Shown here piece by piece: positions 10,153-19,826 of a stretch of DNA of 64,000 bases. The position numbers were made by a program, and so were the translations under genes. This stretch comes from a virus (taxonomy: Duplodnaviria; Caudoviricetes), in IMG/VR virus record IMGVR_UViG_3300045999_011354, positions 1,340 through 65,339 of that record. One strand, 5' to 3'. The notes under the pieces are model-generated. The model worked only from the letters and a program-made list of their open reading frames with translations, did no database searches and had not been told where the DNA came from. Numbering within the stretch: the stretch's first letter is position 1; the number at the start of each line of letters is the position of its first letter.

Positions 10153-13100
10153 ATGGCAGATCAGCGTATTACTCAGCTAACAGCACTGCCCAAAGCTGGG
10201 GTTTCGGCGACAGATGTGCTACCCATTGCGGATATTTCTGCAACAGAAACTAAAAAAGTTACAGCAAAAGATCTTGTTGCCGCCGGCATTGATCTTGTAG
10301 ATGCTGGTGAAATTGACCTATCAAAGCTCGATCAAAATAGTGTCACAAAGATTGGGACAGTTGCGATTGAGTCGCGTGCAATCGTAGCTGACAAACTGGC
10401 ACACAACAGCAGTGTCATTCTTTCTGTTATCACGCCCGCCTCTAACAATTTTGAGGGCAGAGGATACTTCAATACGTCGACTGGCAATATTCAGTTTTTC
10501 AATGGAACCGCTTATCAGCAGGTCGTCATGCCCACGGCGGGCATTGGAGATCTGCAGATAACAACGGGCAAGCTCGCGGACGGTGCTGTCACGACCGCAA
10601 AAGTAACGGCGCTTGGCACGGCGGCTTACGCAGATAACAGCGTCACCACCTTAAAGATCGCAGACGGTGCGATCACTGCCGTCAAGATTGCTGCGGACAG
10701 CATTACGGCGTCGCAGATTGCGCCCAGTGCGATTGGCGCATCAGAGCTAGCGGATAATGCTGTTGATACTGGATCTATTCAGGCGCTTGCTGTCACCGAA
10801 GCCAAGCTAGCGGATGGCGCTGTCACCACAAACAAGTTAGGCGACTTGGCCGTAACAAATGCCAAGATCGCTGCGTCCACAATTACGTACAGCAAGCTTA
10901 ATCTTGCTGACGGTTCGGTTCCTGGCGCAAAAATTACGTCAGACTCTATTACCAACGCACAGATCGGCACTGGAGCAGTTCAAACCAGCGAACTAGGGGA
11001 TTCTGCGGTTACAACAGCAAAAATTGCTGACGGCGCCGTCACTGCAGTCAAGATTGCGTCTGATTCGATTACTGCATCGCAAATTGCCGCAAACGCTGTT
11101 GGGTCTTCTGAGCTGGCAGATGATGCAGTTGACACCGGAAGCATTGTAAATCTTGCTGTTACAGAAGGAAAGATTGCCGCCGGGGCAGTTACAAATGCAA
11201 AACTTGGAGATCTTTCTGTTACCGATGGCAAGATCGCTAATGCAACAATCACATACGCAAAGCTAAACCTTTCTGACAACTCTGTTCCGGGCGCAAAAAT
11301 CACAAATGGGTCGATTACCTCGACTCAGCTCGCATCCGCTGCTGTTGAAACAGCAGAAATCGCCAATGATGCCGTCACCACGGCAAAGATTGCAGACGAT
11401 GCTGTAACTGCCGCAAAGCTTGGCCCTGAAGCTGTTGATTCAAGTGCTCTTGGCGCTGGTGCAGTTACAAATGCAAAAATTGGTTCTGCTGCTGTCACTT
11501 ACGACAAAATTCAGAATGTCAGCGCTACTGATCGACTGTTGGGGCGCTCCTCTGCTGGAGCTGGGTCGATTGAGGAGATCCCGCTGACCCCTGCAGGCCG
11601 CGCCCTGCTTGATGACGCCGACGCTACTGCTCAACGCGCCACGCTGGGCCTGGGCTCCCTTGCCACGCAGTCAGGCACCTTCTCTGGTACGCATAGCGGC
11701 ACCACGTCTGGGACGAACACGGGTGATCAGACAATCACGCTCACAGGCGACGTAACGGGCTCGGGAACGGGCTCATTCGCTGCCAGTATCAGCACTGCTG
11801 CTGTCACAGAAACAAAGATTGCCAGCAACGCTGTTACAACAACAAAGATTGCCGATGACAATGTTACTTCTGCAAAGCTTGCGGATAACTCTGCTGCAAT
11901 CGTTGCCGCATCGGTTCCCGCTGGCTCAGGTGCATTTGTAGGTCAGCAATGGATCAATACTGCTACTGCAATCGAATACACATGGGATGGCTCTCAGTGG
12001 CTGAGGCAGGCGTCTCTTGGGACGATTTCATTTACGGATTCGACGCCGCTTACATTTGCTGTTAGCTACCCAGATGCGTACAGCGCAACAGTTACGGCAA
12101 CTCTTGACATTCAGTCCGCCAATCGCATTTTTGCTGGCCCAACAACAGGATCTGACGCTGCGCCCACCTTCCGCGCAATTGTCCCCGCAGATCTACCAGA
12201 TGCAACCAGTGTCGCCAAGGGAATCATTTTGCCCGGTAGTGGATTAAGTATCAGCAGCGGCACGCTTAATCATAGCAACAGTACGACCGCTGGAACATAT
12301 ACAAAAGTTACCGTTGACGCGCAGGGTCATGTTTCGGCGGGTACGACTTTAATCGCTAGCGACGTTCCTGCGCTTGATACCAGCAAAATTACGACTGGAA
12401 CGTTTGCAACAGCAATGCTTGCAAATGATAGTGTAACTGCGGCCAAGCTCGCTGATTACTCAACCGCGCAAATTGGGTCATCTCTTCCAACTCCCGATTT
12501 CATTGGCCAGTTACATCTGAACCCGCTAGAGCGAACCGTCTACATGTGGGACGGCAACGTTTGGCAGCCTGTTGGTATTACCGCTGGTACCGTTATTTTT
12601 GCTGGTACGTATGACGCAAATACCAATCAAATTGCTTCTGTGACGAATGAGGGAAGCTCGCTTGGGTTGAGCGTTGGCAATCCACTACCAGCCGCAAGCA
12701 CAAACAACCAAAACTACTTTGTGATTGTTAGCAACGCTGGAACTGGTACAAGTCCAGCCCCGACCGTTGGACTGCTTCCGCCGGACCTTGTGCTTTCAAC
12801 TGGAACAGCTTGGGTGCGAATTGAGTCGTCTGACGCTTACATTGCACAGGTTGCGACTCAGGTTTCCTTCACGCCCGCCGGTCAAATTTCCAGCACCAAC
12901 GTGCAGGCGGCAATTGAAGAAGTAAGTAGTGAATGCCGCAATGCGACAAATATCACTAGCGGAACTCTTGCTGCAACCGTTGGTGGGACCGGAATTACCA
13001 CATACGTAAAAGGTGATTTAATTGCTGGCTCGGGGACGAATACTCTTGCAAAGCTGGCGGTTGGCACAAATGGTTACGTACTAAAAGCAAACAGCAGCAC

Positions 13101-13332
13101 GGCTACCGGATTGCAATGGGCCGCCTACGACGCGCTTGTGACTGGTGGTGGCACGATGACGGGAAATCTCGGAATCGGGAGCGCTGCAACAATTGTTTTC
13201 GAGGGGGCGACAGATGATACATATGAAACTGTTCTTACGGTTATTGATCCGACCGCTGACAATACAATTTCTCTTCCGAACAGTAGCGGGACAATTGCGC
13301 TGACAAGTGATCTTGATGACGGAACTTTTTGA
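10153..13332 (+). CDS. Long tail fibre with decapeptide repeats
   Basis: Many IADGAVTTAK-type repeats; N-terminal ADQRITQLT motif. Confidence 0.8.
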   Translation: MADQRITQLTALPKAGVSATDVLPIADISATETKKVTAKDLVAAGIDLVDAGEIDLSKLDQNSVTKIGTVAIESRAIVADKLAHNSSVILSVITPASNNFEGRGYFNTSTGNIQFFNGTAYQQVVMPTAGIGDLQITTGKLADGAVTTAKVTALGTAAYADNSVTTLKIADGAITAVKIAADSITASQIAPSAIGASELADNAVDTGSIQALAVTEAKLADGAVTTNKLGDLAVTNAKIAASTITYSKLNLADGSVPGAKITSDSITNAQIGTGAVQTSELGDSAVTTAKIADGAVTAVKIASDSITASQIAANAVGSSELADDAVDTGSIVNLAVTEGKIAAGAVTNAKLGDLSVTDGKIANATITYAKLNLSDNSVPGAKITNGSITSTQLASAAVETAEIANDAVTTAKIADDAVTAAKLGPEAVDSSALGAGAVTNAKIGSAAVTYDKIQNVSATDRLLGRSSAGAGSIEEIPLTPAGRALLDDADATAQRATLGLGSLATQSGTFSGTHSGTTSGTNTGDQTITLTGDVTGSGTGSFAASISTAAVTETKIASNAVTTTKIADDNVTSAKLADNSAAIVAASVPAGSGAFVGQQWINTATAIEYTWDGSQWLRQASLGTISFTDSTPLTFAVSYPDAYSATVTATLDIQSANRIFAGPTTGSDAAPTFRAIVPADLPDATSVAKGIILPGSGLSISSGTLNHSNSTTAGTYTKVTVDAQGHVSAGTTLIASDVPALDTSKITTGTFATAMLANDSVTAAKLADYSTAQIGSSLPTPDFIGQLHLNPLERTVYMWDGNVWQPVGITAGTVIFAGTYDANTNQIASVTNEGSSLGLSVGNPLPAASTNNQNYFVIVSNAGTGTSPAPTVGLLPPDLVLSTGTAWVRIESSDAYIAQVATQVSFTPAGQISSTNVQAAIEEVSSECRNATNITSGTLAATVGGTGITTYVKGDLIAGSGTNTLAKLAVGTNGYVLKANSSTATGLQWAAYDALVTGGGTMTGNLGIGSAATIVFEGATDDTYETVLTVIDPTADNTISLPNSSGTIALTSDLDDGTF

Positions 13333-13386
13333 ACTTTCTTGATCATTAATATGCGGGGGTAACTTCCGGCCTTCTGGCGTTAAGGA

Positions 13387-15918
13387 ATGTCCAACGCGAA
13401 TCCCCTGCAGCTTCTTCGTAGCAATACAGCAAACAAGCGCCCCGACCCGACTGCGCTCGCCGATGGTCGCCCGGCCGTCAACACTAACGCCGTGAGCCCT
13501 GGCCTGTTCTTCAAGGACAGCGCAGGGAATCTCGTCAAGGTTGGCCCGGTCCATGTGGGTACGACTGCTCCGAATGCCTCCCCGGCCAGCGGCGGCGCTA
13601 CCGGGAACAGCTTGGGTGAGCAGTGGCTTGACACCACCGGCGGCGTTTATGTGCTGAAGATCTGGGATGGTTCTGCGTGGCGCAGTGAAACAGGAACATT
13701 CGTGGACGCAAGTGGCGACACGATGACTGGGGCGCTCGTGATGGACAATCAACAGCAAGTGCGCTTCCGTGAAGTTACAGCAAATGGCACGAACTATATT
13801 GCACTTCAGGCGCCCGCATCTGTTGCCTCGGATAAGACAATCACGCTGCCTGACGTAAATGGTACTGTTGTTACGACTGGCGACACAGGAACTGTTACCT
13901 CAACGATGATCGCCGATGCGACAATTGTTGATGCAGATATTAGCGCTAGCGCTGAAATTGCAGTTAGCAAGCTCGCCGATGGAACCGCACGTCAACTGCT
14001 GCAGACTGACGCCGCTGGCACTGGCGTTGAATGGACAAGCAATGTTGATGTCCCAGGAACACTAGACGTAACTGGTGCAGCAACCTTCGATAGCACCGTT
14101 GCCGTTACGGGGGCACTTACAAAAAGCGGTAGCAATGTCGTAACTGTTGGTGATACTGGTACAGTTACATCGACGATGATCCTTGACGGAACTATCGTTA
14201 ATGCTGATGTGAATGCCAGTGCCGCAATCGCGGGCACCAAGATCAGCCCGGACTTCGGCAGTCAGAACGTCACCACAACAGGCACCAGCACGTCTGCCAG
14301 CTTCATCCCCACTAGCAGCGCCGTCCCAACCAACGGGGTCTATCTACCTGCGGCAAACAGCGTAGCCATCTCGACTAATGGCACTCAGCGTCTTCTCATC
14401 GAGGATGATGGTGATATCAATATCAATAGCGGATCATTCTTTTTTGATAACGGATTCAATCGTTTAGGCGTCGGCACGGTTACACCCGCCTATGAGCTAG
14501 AAGTTACATCTACAGGTGAAGCAGACATTCAAATTGACTCTGCCAGCACTTATGACGCAGCGTTGCGTTTTGCGGAAAACGGCACCAATGCCTTTACTAT
14601 TTATCACGACGCATCAGATTCTGCCCTGGTAATTTACGACAACACAAATACAACCGAACGCCTCCGCATCACATCGGACGGGAAATTAGGTCTGGGGACT
14701 AGTAGCCCTGGTTTTAAGTTAACTATTGAGGATGCTACGACACCCAGAATCCGCATCGGCGATGGTACCCGCCATTTGAATGTTGATGGCGGCTCCGCCA
14801 CTCAAAACGCAGCTATAGGAACAGATTACGCGGGATCTTTTGGTATTTACACGAATGGGGCCGCAAATACACGATTACATGTTACCTCGGCAGGTAACGT
14901 AGGGATTGGCACTACCAGCCCTGGTTCGCCTCTCACAATCGAGAGCAATGCTGGCAACCAAGTCAAAATCACATATCCATCGATTGCTTCATACTTTCTA
15001 AATGCAACATCTGGCGGTGACTTTGCAATCAATAAAGATGGCACAGAACGCGCCCGCATCGACAGCTCCGGCAGGCTCTTAATTGGCACGTCTACTGCCA
15101 AGAGCGGCACTAGATCACAGTACTCAAAATTTACCGTTCAAGGTAACAACCAGAGCACTGGCGATGGTGCTCAAATAAATCTTGCCAATAACACAAACGC
15201 GCCTAGCCTTAACACCGGCGATACTCTTGGTCAGATTATCTTTACAGATAATGGTCCTGGTGAGTACGGCAAGATTGCCTGCCAAATGGATGGAGCTGGC
15301 GCTGGAACGAATGACTATCCAGGCAGGCTAGTGTTCTCCACTACCGCCGACGGGGCGAGTTCTCCGACGGAGCGGATGAGGATTGGGAGCAACGGTGCCA
15401 TTTCACTTTCACCAAGCGGCACAACAAGAGGAGTTATTATCGGCAATGCTTTTTACGATCCTGTTAACGCAGCCGGAATACAGATTGCTAATTCAACTGG
15501 AACAGGACGTTCTCTGTCGGCAGTAAATGGTTCCGGCGCTCTGCAGGATAACTACATGAATCTTGGTGACCCTGCCACAAGGTGGGGCACTGTCTATGCA
15601 GCTACTGGCACCATCAACACTTCTGACGCAAACTTAAAGCAGGACGTTGAAGATCTTGATACGGCAGAGCTTAATGTGGCTAATGCTATTAAAGGATTGA
15701 TCAAAAAGTTCCGCTTTGTTGATGCTGTTGCTGAAAAAGGAAGCGATGCTCGCATCCATGTTGGCGTGATTGCCCAGGAAGTTGAACAAGCGTTTGTGGA
15801 CGAGGGCCTTGATCCGCGCCGCTACGGCTTGTTCTGCGAGGACACGCTGAAGGATGGCAGCAAGCGACTTGGCATCCGATACGACGAGCTACTGGCTTTT
15901 GTTGTCGCTGCTCTGTAG
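13387..15918 (+). CDS. Tail fibre / receptor-binding protein with C-terminal intramolecular chaperone (peptidase S74-like)
   Basis: Repeated ERLRI.S.G.VGIGT modules; C-terminal TSDANLKQD...GVIAQEV...GIRYDEL. Confidence 0.85.
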   Translation: MSNANPLQLLRSNTANKRPDPTALADGRPAVNTNAVSPGLFFKDSAGNLVKVGPVHVGTTAPNASPASGGATGNSLGEQWLDTTGGVYVLKIWDGSAWRSETGTFVDASGDTMTGALVMDNQQQVRFREVTANGTNYIALQAPASVASDKTITLPDVNGTVVTTGDTGTVTSTMIADATIVDADISASAEIAVSKLADGTARQLLQTDAAGTGVEWTSNVDVPGTLDVTGAATFDSTVAVTGALTKSGSNVVTVGDTGTVTSTMILDGTIVNADVNASAAIAGTKISPDFGSQNVTTTGTSTSASFIPTSSAVPTNGVYLPAANSVAISTNGTQRLLIEDDGDININSGSFFFDNGFNRLGVGTVTPAYELEVTSTGEADIQIDSASTYDAALRFAENGTNAFTIYHDASDSALVIYDNTNTTERLRITSDGKLGLGTSSPGFKLTIEDATTPRIRIGDGTRHLNVDGGSATQNAAIGTDYAGSFGIYTNGAANTRLHVTSAGNVGIGTTSPGSPLTIESNAGNQVKITYPSIASYFLNATSGGDFAINKDGTERARIDSSGRLLIGTSTAKSGTRSQYSKFTVQGNNQSTGDGAQINLANNTNAPSLNTGDTLGQIIFTDNGPGEYGKIACQMDGAGAGTNDYPGRLVFSTTADGASSPTERMRIGSNGAISLSPSGTTRGVIIGNAFYDPVNAAGIQIANSTGTGRSLSAVNGSGALQDNYMNLGDPATRWGTVYAATGTINTSDANLKQDVEDLDTAELNVANAIKGLIKKFRFVDAVAEKGSDARIHVGVIAQEVEQAFVDEGLDPRRYGLFCEDTLKDGSKRLGIRYDELLAFVVAAL

Positions 15919-15963
15919 TAGCCCCCTTCTATTCTCGCCCTGACTTAAATGTAGTAATGTGGT

Positions 15964-15997
15964 GGAGCGGCGAGTTTTCATCTCCCGCTCCTGACCA
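15964..15997 (+). promoter_or_regulatory. Bulged-C leader hairpin plus TGACCA, copy 1
   Basis: GGAGCGG-C-GAG-TTTTCAT-CTC-CCGCTCC-TGACCA, 16 nt before ATG 16014. Confidence 0.6.
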
Positions 15998-16013
15998 CAG
16001 TTTTACAGAAACC

Positions 16014-16304
16014 ATGACCCAACAAGATTACGACAACGATCTCGTCTTTCGCACAAATGGAGAAGAGCGCTTTCGTTTCGACGGAAATGGACCATGGAAA
16101 AGTGCAACTCCTTCTCAAAAGCTTGAGATCAAAAACAAGTGGGAGCCTAACTCCATCATCTTTAATACAAAAGACGTCAATGAAATCGCTAAGTTCACCA
16201 ACGAAGGCTTCTACTACAAAGGTGAATTTATTGAAGATGCCGGAGAGGTGTATCGCCTGCTGAAGGAAGTGCTGGGCCAGATGAAGAGTGAGCAAAGTCA
16301 GTAG
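16014..16304 (+). CDS. Small protein containing tail-fibre-like repeats
   Basis: LVFRTNGEERFRFDGNG resembles the fibre modules; probable start is ATG 16014. Confidence 0.6.
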   Translation: MTQQDYDNDLVFRTNGEERFRFDGNGPWKSATPSQKLEIKNKWEPNSIIFNTKDVNEIAKFTNEGFYYKGEFIEDAGEVYRLLKEVLGQMKSEQSQ

Positions 16305-16313
16305 TCATTCGCA

Positions 16314-16511
16314 ATGCAAACACTCGATCAACACAATCAGCAGGCGCTAAGCGCGTTTCAATTAAGCACTCAGCCTCGCCACAACGGGATTTCCTGCCCT
16401 GAATGCCAACACGAGTTGATGGATTCCAACCCATCAGTTTGTCTTGCAAGTTGGCCGCCGCAGTACAGCGTGCATTGCCCAAGCTGCGGTTACACCGGCA
16501 GTCGCTATTGA
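16314..16511 (+). CDS. Small zinc-ribbon protein
   Basis: CPEC and CPSC pairs. Confidence 0.65.
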   Translation: MQTLDQHNQQALSAFQLSTQPRHNGISCPECQHELMDSNPSVCLASWPPQYSVHCPSCGYTGSRY

Positions 16512-16632
16512 TTCAAGCCTGCTCTCACCTTGGCCGATTAAAGCTTGGCATTGCGCACAGACGGAGACCCGATGGCACTATGCAGGAATACAAAAGTCCT
16601 GTACTATGACAGATGAAAGCTTTTTCTCTTTC

Positions 16633-16953
16633 ATGACTGACACAACTTACACCTGGCGCGTTGCAAACATGGAGCGCGAAACAGACGATGGATACGTTTT
16701 CACGGTTCATTATACCGTTGAAGGCAAAAGCGCTGATGGCGTTTATGCTGCTGGCGCATATGGAAGTCTTGGACTTGAGCGTCCAGAAGGGGAACTCATT
16801 CCCTATTCGGAACTCAAGGAAGATGTTGTTGTCGCCTGGGTATTGCAAAAACTTGGCGATGAAAAAGTTCTCGAAATTCACGCTGCATTAACTGCTCAAA
16901 TTGAAGAACAGCGTCATCCATCAAAAGCTGCAGGACTTCCTTGGAATTCCTGA
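16633..16953 (+). CDS. Conserved phage hypothetical protein next to the tail fibres
   Basis: TYTWRVANMER...AYGSLGL...KAAGLPW; start reassigned to ATG 16633. Confidence 0.65.
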   Translation: MTDTTYTWRVANMERETDDGYVFTVHYTVEGKSADGVYAAGAYGSLGLERPEGELIPYSELKEDVVVAWVLQKLGDEKVLEIHAALTAQIEEQRHPSKAAGLPWNS

Positions 16954-17026
16954 TCGCTGTCTAAGCTGCAGTCGGGGTGTGCTCAGTGCGCAGCGCACCC
17001 TTTGTACGCAAAACACGTCTGTAGAA

Positions 17027-17182
17027 ATGAAAAAATCAAAAAAGCTGACAACGGCACAAAAGTATGCAGCCCTTAAGCGCCAGACAGAAAATGCTGGCAT
17101 GAGCGTGCGAGAAGAAAAAGGGGAGCTAGTTGTTCGTCGTAAGTCCCAAAAGCGCAAAAGCAAGAAAAATGACTATCGTTAG
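17027..17182 (+). CDS. Small basic hypothetical protein
   Basis: Lys/Arg-rich ORF starting at ATG 17027. Confidence 0.5.
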   Translation: MKKSKKLTTAQKYAALKRQTENAGMSVREEKGELVVRRKSQKRKSKKNDYR

Positions 17183-17207
17183 TCCTGTCACCCAATGGTA
17201 GCTAGCG

Positions 17208-17345
17208 ATGGCCGTAAAAGCAAAAACTGGCACTGCCGGTGTCAGCCATCAGTCTGGTCGCCCAAAAACAACAAGTCAGGGTTACGGTCAGCACTCACGC
17301 CCACGCCGACGTGGCAAGAAAAAACTGGTTGGGCAAGGGCGCTAA
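17208..17345 (+). CDS. Small basic peptide (45 aa), below the ORF-track cutoff
   Basis: Hand translation MAVKAKTG...PKTTSQGYGQHSRPRRRGKKKLVGQGR; a degenerate copy lies at about 19695-19802. Confidence 0.65.
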   Translation: MAVKAKTGTAGVSHQSGRPKTTSQGYGQHSRPRRRGKKKLVGQGR

Positions 17346-17354
17346 AGTAATTCC

Positions 17355-17693
17355 ATGGCTATCTCACCTGGTACCTACAACATCAGCCTGCAGCGCCGGG
17401 CGGACTACAGCATCACGCTGCAATTCAAAGACAGCAATGATGCTGCCATCAACCTAACCGGCTGGACCGTCGCAGCGCAGGTGTGGAATCAAGGGCGTAC
17501 CACTAAATACGCTGATTTCGCCATTACCTACACCAACCGCAGCACCGGAACAGTCGCTATTGCTTTAACCGACGATCAAACTGCAACATTTCCAAATGAA
17601 GTGTACTACGACGTACTACTCACCAACCCAAGTGGGTTAAAAGAGTATTACTTAGAGGGCACTATTTACGTTAGTGAGGGCTATACCGGATGA
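17355..17693 (+). CDS. Virion accessory protein (baseplate or fibre adaptor-like)
   Basis: INLTGWTVAAQV...YYDVLLTNPSG..YYLEG motif. Confidence 0.55.
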   Translation: MAISPGTYNISLQRRADYSITLQFKDSNDAAINLTGWTVAAQVWNQGRTTKYADFAITYTNRSTGTVAIALTDDQTATFPNEVYYDVLLTNPSGLKEYYLEGTIYVSEGYTG

Positions 17694-18016
17694 CAAGTGT
17701 AAATGTTACTTCTGTATTCAATACAGTCACAGTAGTTGAAAACGGTAGCAGCACTGTTGTGACCGTACCTGTTGCTAGCACGGTTACCGCAATCACACAA
17801 GGTCCGCAGGGGCCTGCAGGCGCTGGTGCGTACATTCACGAACAAACAAGCGCATCGACAACTTGGGTAATTAACCACAATCTGGGTTTTAAGCCGTCTG
17901 TCGAAGTGTTAGATAGCGGAAGTCAAGAAATTGATGGTGAAGTGTCTCATCCAAGCGTCAACCAAACCGTTGTTATACTGAATCCAGCATCCGCAGGCTT
18001 TGCTCGCCTGACCTGA
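17690..18016 (+). CDS. Virion accessory protein with a short collagen-like segment
   Basis: QGPQGPAG; WVINHNLG.KPSV. Confidence 0.55.
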   Translation: MTSVNVTSVFNTVTVVENGSSTVVTVPVASTVTAITQGPQGPAGAGAYIHEQTSASTTWVINHNLGFKPSVEVLDSGSQEIDGEVSHPSVNQTVVILNPASAGFARLT

Positions 18017-18017
18017 C

Positions 18018-18809
18018 ATGGCTCGCAAGTTTTTTGCTGACATCGACCTGCAGAGCGCATCGAAGGTCGTCAATGTTCCGTCACCTAGTGCTGCTGGCGA
18101 TGCAGTGCCCAAGTCTTACGTTGACTCGTTGGTTGAGGGGCTGGCATGGAAAGATAGCTGCCGTGTGGCAACACAGGCAAACCTGAACCTTTCGAGCCCT
18201 GGCTCGACAATCAACGGCATCACGATGTCGTCACAGGATCGCGTGTTGGTGCAAGCGCAGAGCACAGCATCCGAAAACGGCATCTACGTCTGGAACGGAT
18301 CTGCCGTTGCCATGACACGATCGCTGGACGCCAGTACCTTTGCAGAACTGGAGCAAGCCGTTACCACCGTAGAGGAAGGCACCAGCGCTGGCGCCACCTA
18401 CCGACAGGATCAAGTCAACGGCACTATTGACAGCAGCACGGTCAACTGGACGACCTTTGGCACGTCTGCACCTGCTGCCAGTGAGACCACTGCAGGTATT
18501 GCCGAACTTGCCACACAAGCCGAGGTTGACGCTGGTGCTGATGATCTTCGTATCGTCACACCTCTAAAGCTGGCTACATGGTCTGGCCGCATTAGGAAGT
18601 ACAGCACCAATATTGGTGACGGCAGCGCCACTAGCTATACGATTACGCATAGCCTTAATACCCGTGATGTGATCATCCGCGTGTTCCCAAACTCCGGCAA
18701 CTATGACGACGTTGAAGTAGACGTGCACCGCCCTAGCACGACCACAGCGACGCTGGTGTTTGCAACTGCTCCGGCTAGCAATGCTTACCGCGTAGTGGTA
18801 ATTGGCTGA
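18018..18809 (+). CDS. Fibre-like structural protein
   Basis: ENGIYVW and ASETTAGIAELATQAEV fibre motifs. Confidence 0.6.
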   Translation: MARKFFADIDLQSASKVVNVPSPSAAGDAVPKSYVDSLVEGLAWKDSCRVATQANLNLSSPGSTINGITMSSQDRVLVQAQSTASENGIYVWNGSAVAMTRSLDASTFAELEQAVTTVEEGTSAGATYRQDQVNGTIDSSTVNWTTFGTSAPAASETTAGIAELATQAEVDAGADDLRIVTPLKLATWSGRIRKYSTNIGDGSATSYTITHSLNTRDVIIRVFPNSGNYDDVEVDVHRPSTTTATLVFATAPASNAYRVVVIG

Positions 18810-19492
18810 TGAGTCGCAACTTTTTAACGCCGGTAGCTCTCCCCGCTGGGACTGCTAGCGCTGCGCCATTAACATTCCAATCGGGCACTAATCTAAGTTC
18901 GCCTTTAGGGGGCTCTTTAGAATTTGACGGCACAGTCTTTTACAGCACTCCTGCGGCCAGAGGTATAGCGCCATCTGTAATGGTGTATCGCCTTAACGCT
19001 GATCTTGCCGGTGCCAATGGTACGGCGTCACAAAGTTTGTTTGGCGTGGGAGTATCTTTGCAAGCCAATACAGTTTATGCCATGCAAATGGTATTTACAT
19101 TAGCTAAAACTGCAGGGACCACTTCTCATTCAGTTGGATTTAGTTTTGATGGTGGTACAGCCACGTTTAATAACATGCACGTACACGGTACATATCAAAA
19201 CCTTCAAGGCGCTCCACCTACTACAAATAATTTGGTCACTGGTACTCTTAGTTATGGCATACATACAACCACTGCTCTAATAAATTACACAAGTGGAGTT
19301 GCCGGCGCAGTTCGCACTCAAACGGGGATATTTAATGGCACATTTAGCGTGAATGCTGCAGGCACTTTTAATCCTCAGTACAAGCTATCTGCTGCGCCAG
19401 GCGGCGCATATAGCACTCTTGCTGGATCCCATATAAGTATCTGGCCAATAGGGACTGCCGGCTCCAATACCTCAGTGGGACCGTGGACATAA
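18809..19492 (+). CDS. Fibre-tip-like structural protein
   Basis: Gly/Thr/Ser-rich beta-type sequence coupled to the previous gene. Confidence 0.5.
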   Translation: MSRNFLTPVALPAGTASAAPLTFQSGTNLSSPLGGSLEFDGTVFYSTPAARGIAPSVMVYRLNADLAGANGTASQSLFGVGVSLQANTVYAMQMVFTLAKTAGTTSHSVGFSFDGGTATFNNMHVHGTYQNLQGAPPTTNNLVTGTLSYGIHTTTALINYTSGVAGAVRTQTGIFNGTFSVNAAGTFNPQYKLSAAPGGAYSTLAGSHISIWPIGTAGSNTSVGPWT

Positions 19493-19610
19493 ATCGCAAC
19501 CATCACAACAAGAAAAAATTAATCGGTCAAGGTACTAACCTATAAAAAGGTTGGCATTGCGCCTTGCAACGATCCATTGTAATTGAGATTAAATCGCCTT
19601 GGTCTGATCA

Positions 19611-19802
19611 ATGAGCACGATTCAACTGCGTGATGTTGCTAAGCATTTCAAGTAGCTACCGCATTAGCTAGCAGCGTGGGGCTGGCTGCAGAAGCGTGTT
19701 GATCACAAAGCTGGCTGCCCTAAGACGACTTCCCAAGGTTATGGTCAACACTTGCGACCACGCCGTCACGGCGAAAAGAAACTGAGAGGCCAGAGTCGCT
19801 AA
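19611..19802 (+). pseudogene. Chimeric pseudogene: lysin N-terminal fragment fused to a basic-peptide fragment
   Basis: MSTIQLRDVAKHFK*LPH*LAAWGWLQ followed by PKTTSQGYGQHLRPRRHGEKKLRGQSR; two in-frame TAG codons at 19653 and 19665. Confidence 0.7.
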
Positions 19803-19826
19803 CCTTCAAAAAAATGCCCTAGAGCC

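Noticed and set aside
436-15110. Numerous antisense and alternate-frame ORFs in the structural region
   Set aside because: They are shadows of long genes with biased codon usage, and show no recognisable motifs or start signals.
13387-16304. Diversity-generating retroelement targeting the tail fibre
   Set aside because: No reverse transcriptase in the window, and no template/variable repeat pair differing at adenines was seen.
15916-16316. Additional TAG-N9-CTA sites at the fibre stop (TAGTAGCCCCCTTCTA) and at 16302 (TAGTCATTCGCAATG)
   Set aside because: The spacing or right arm does not fit the consensus. They may be degenerate sites but were not counted.
16968-17006. tRNA-like GC-rich element
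   Set aside because: Only a single hairpin; no D arm, T arm or TTCRA motif. No tRNA was recognised anywhere in the window.
19653-19667. TAG-to-Gln recoding, since two TAGs fall where Gln is plausible in a lysin-like fragment
   Set aside because: Many intact genes here end in TAG and long ORFs show no TAG interruptions. The segment is a short chimera, so decay is the simpler explanation.
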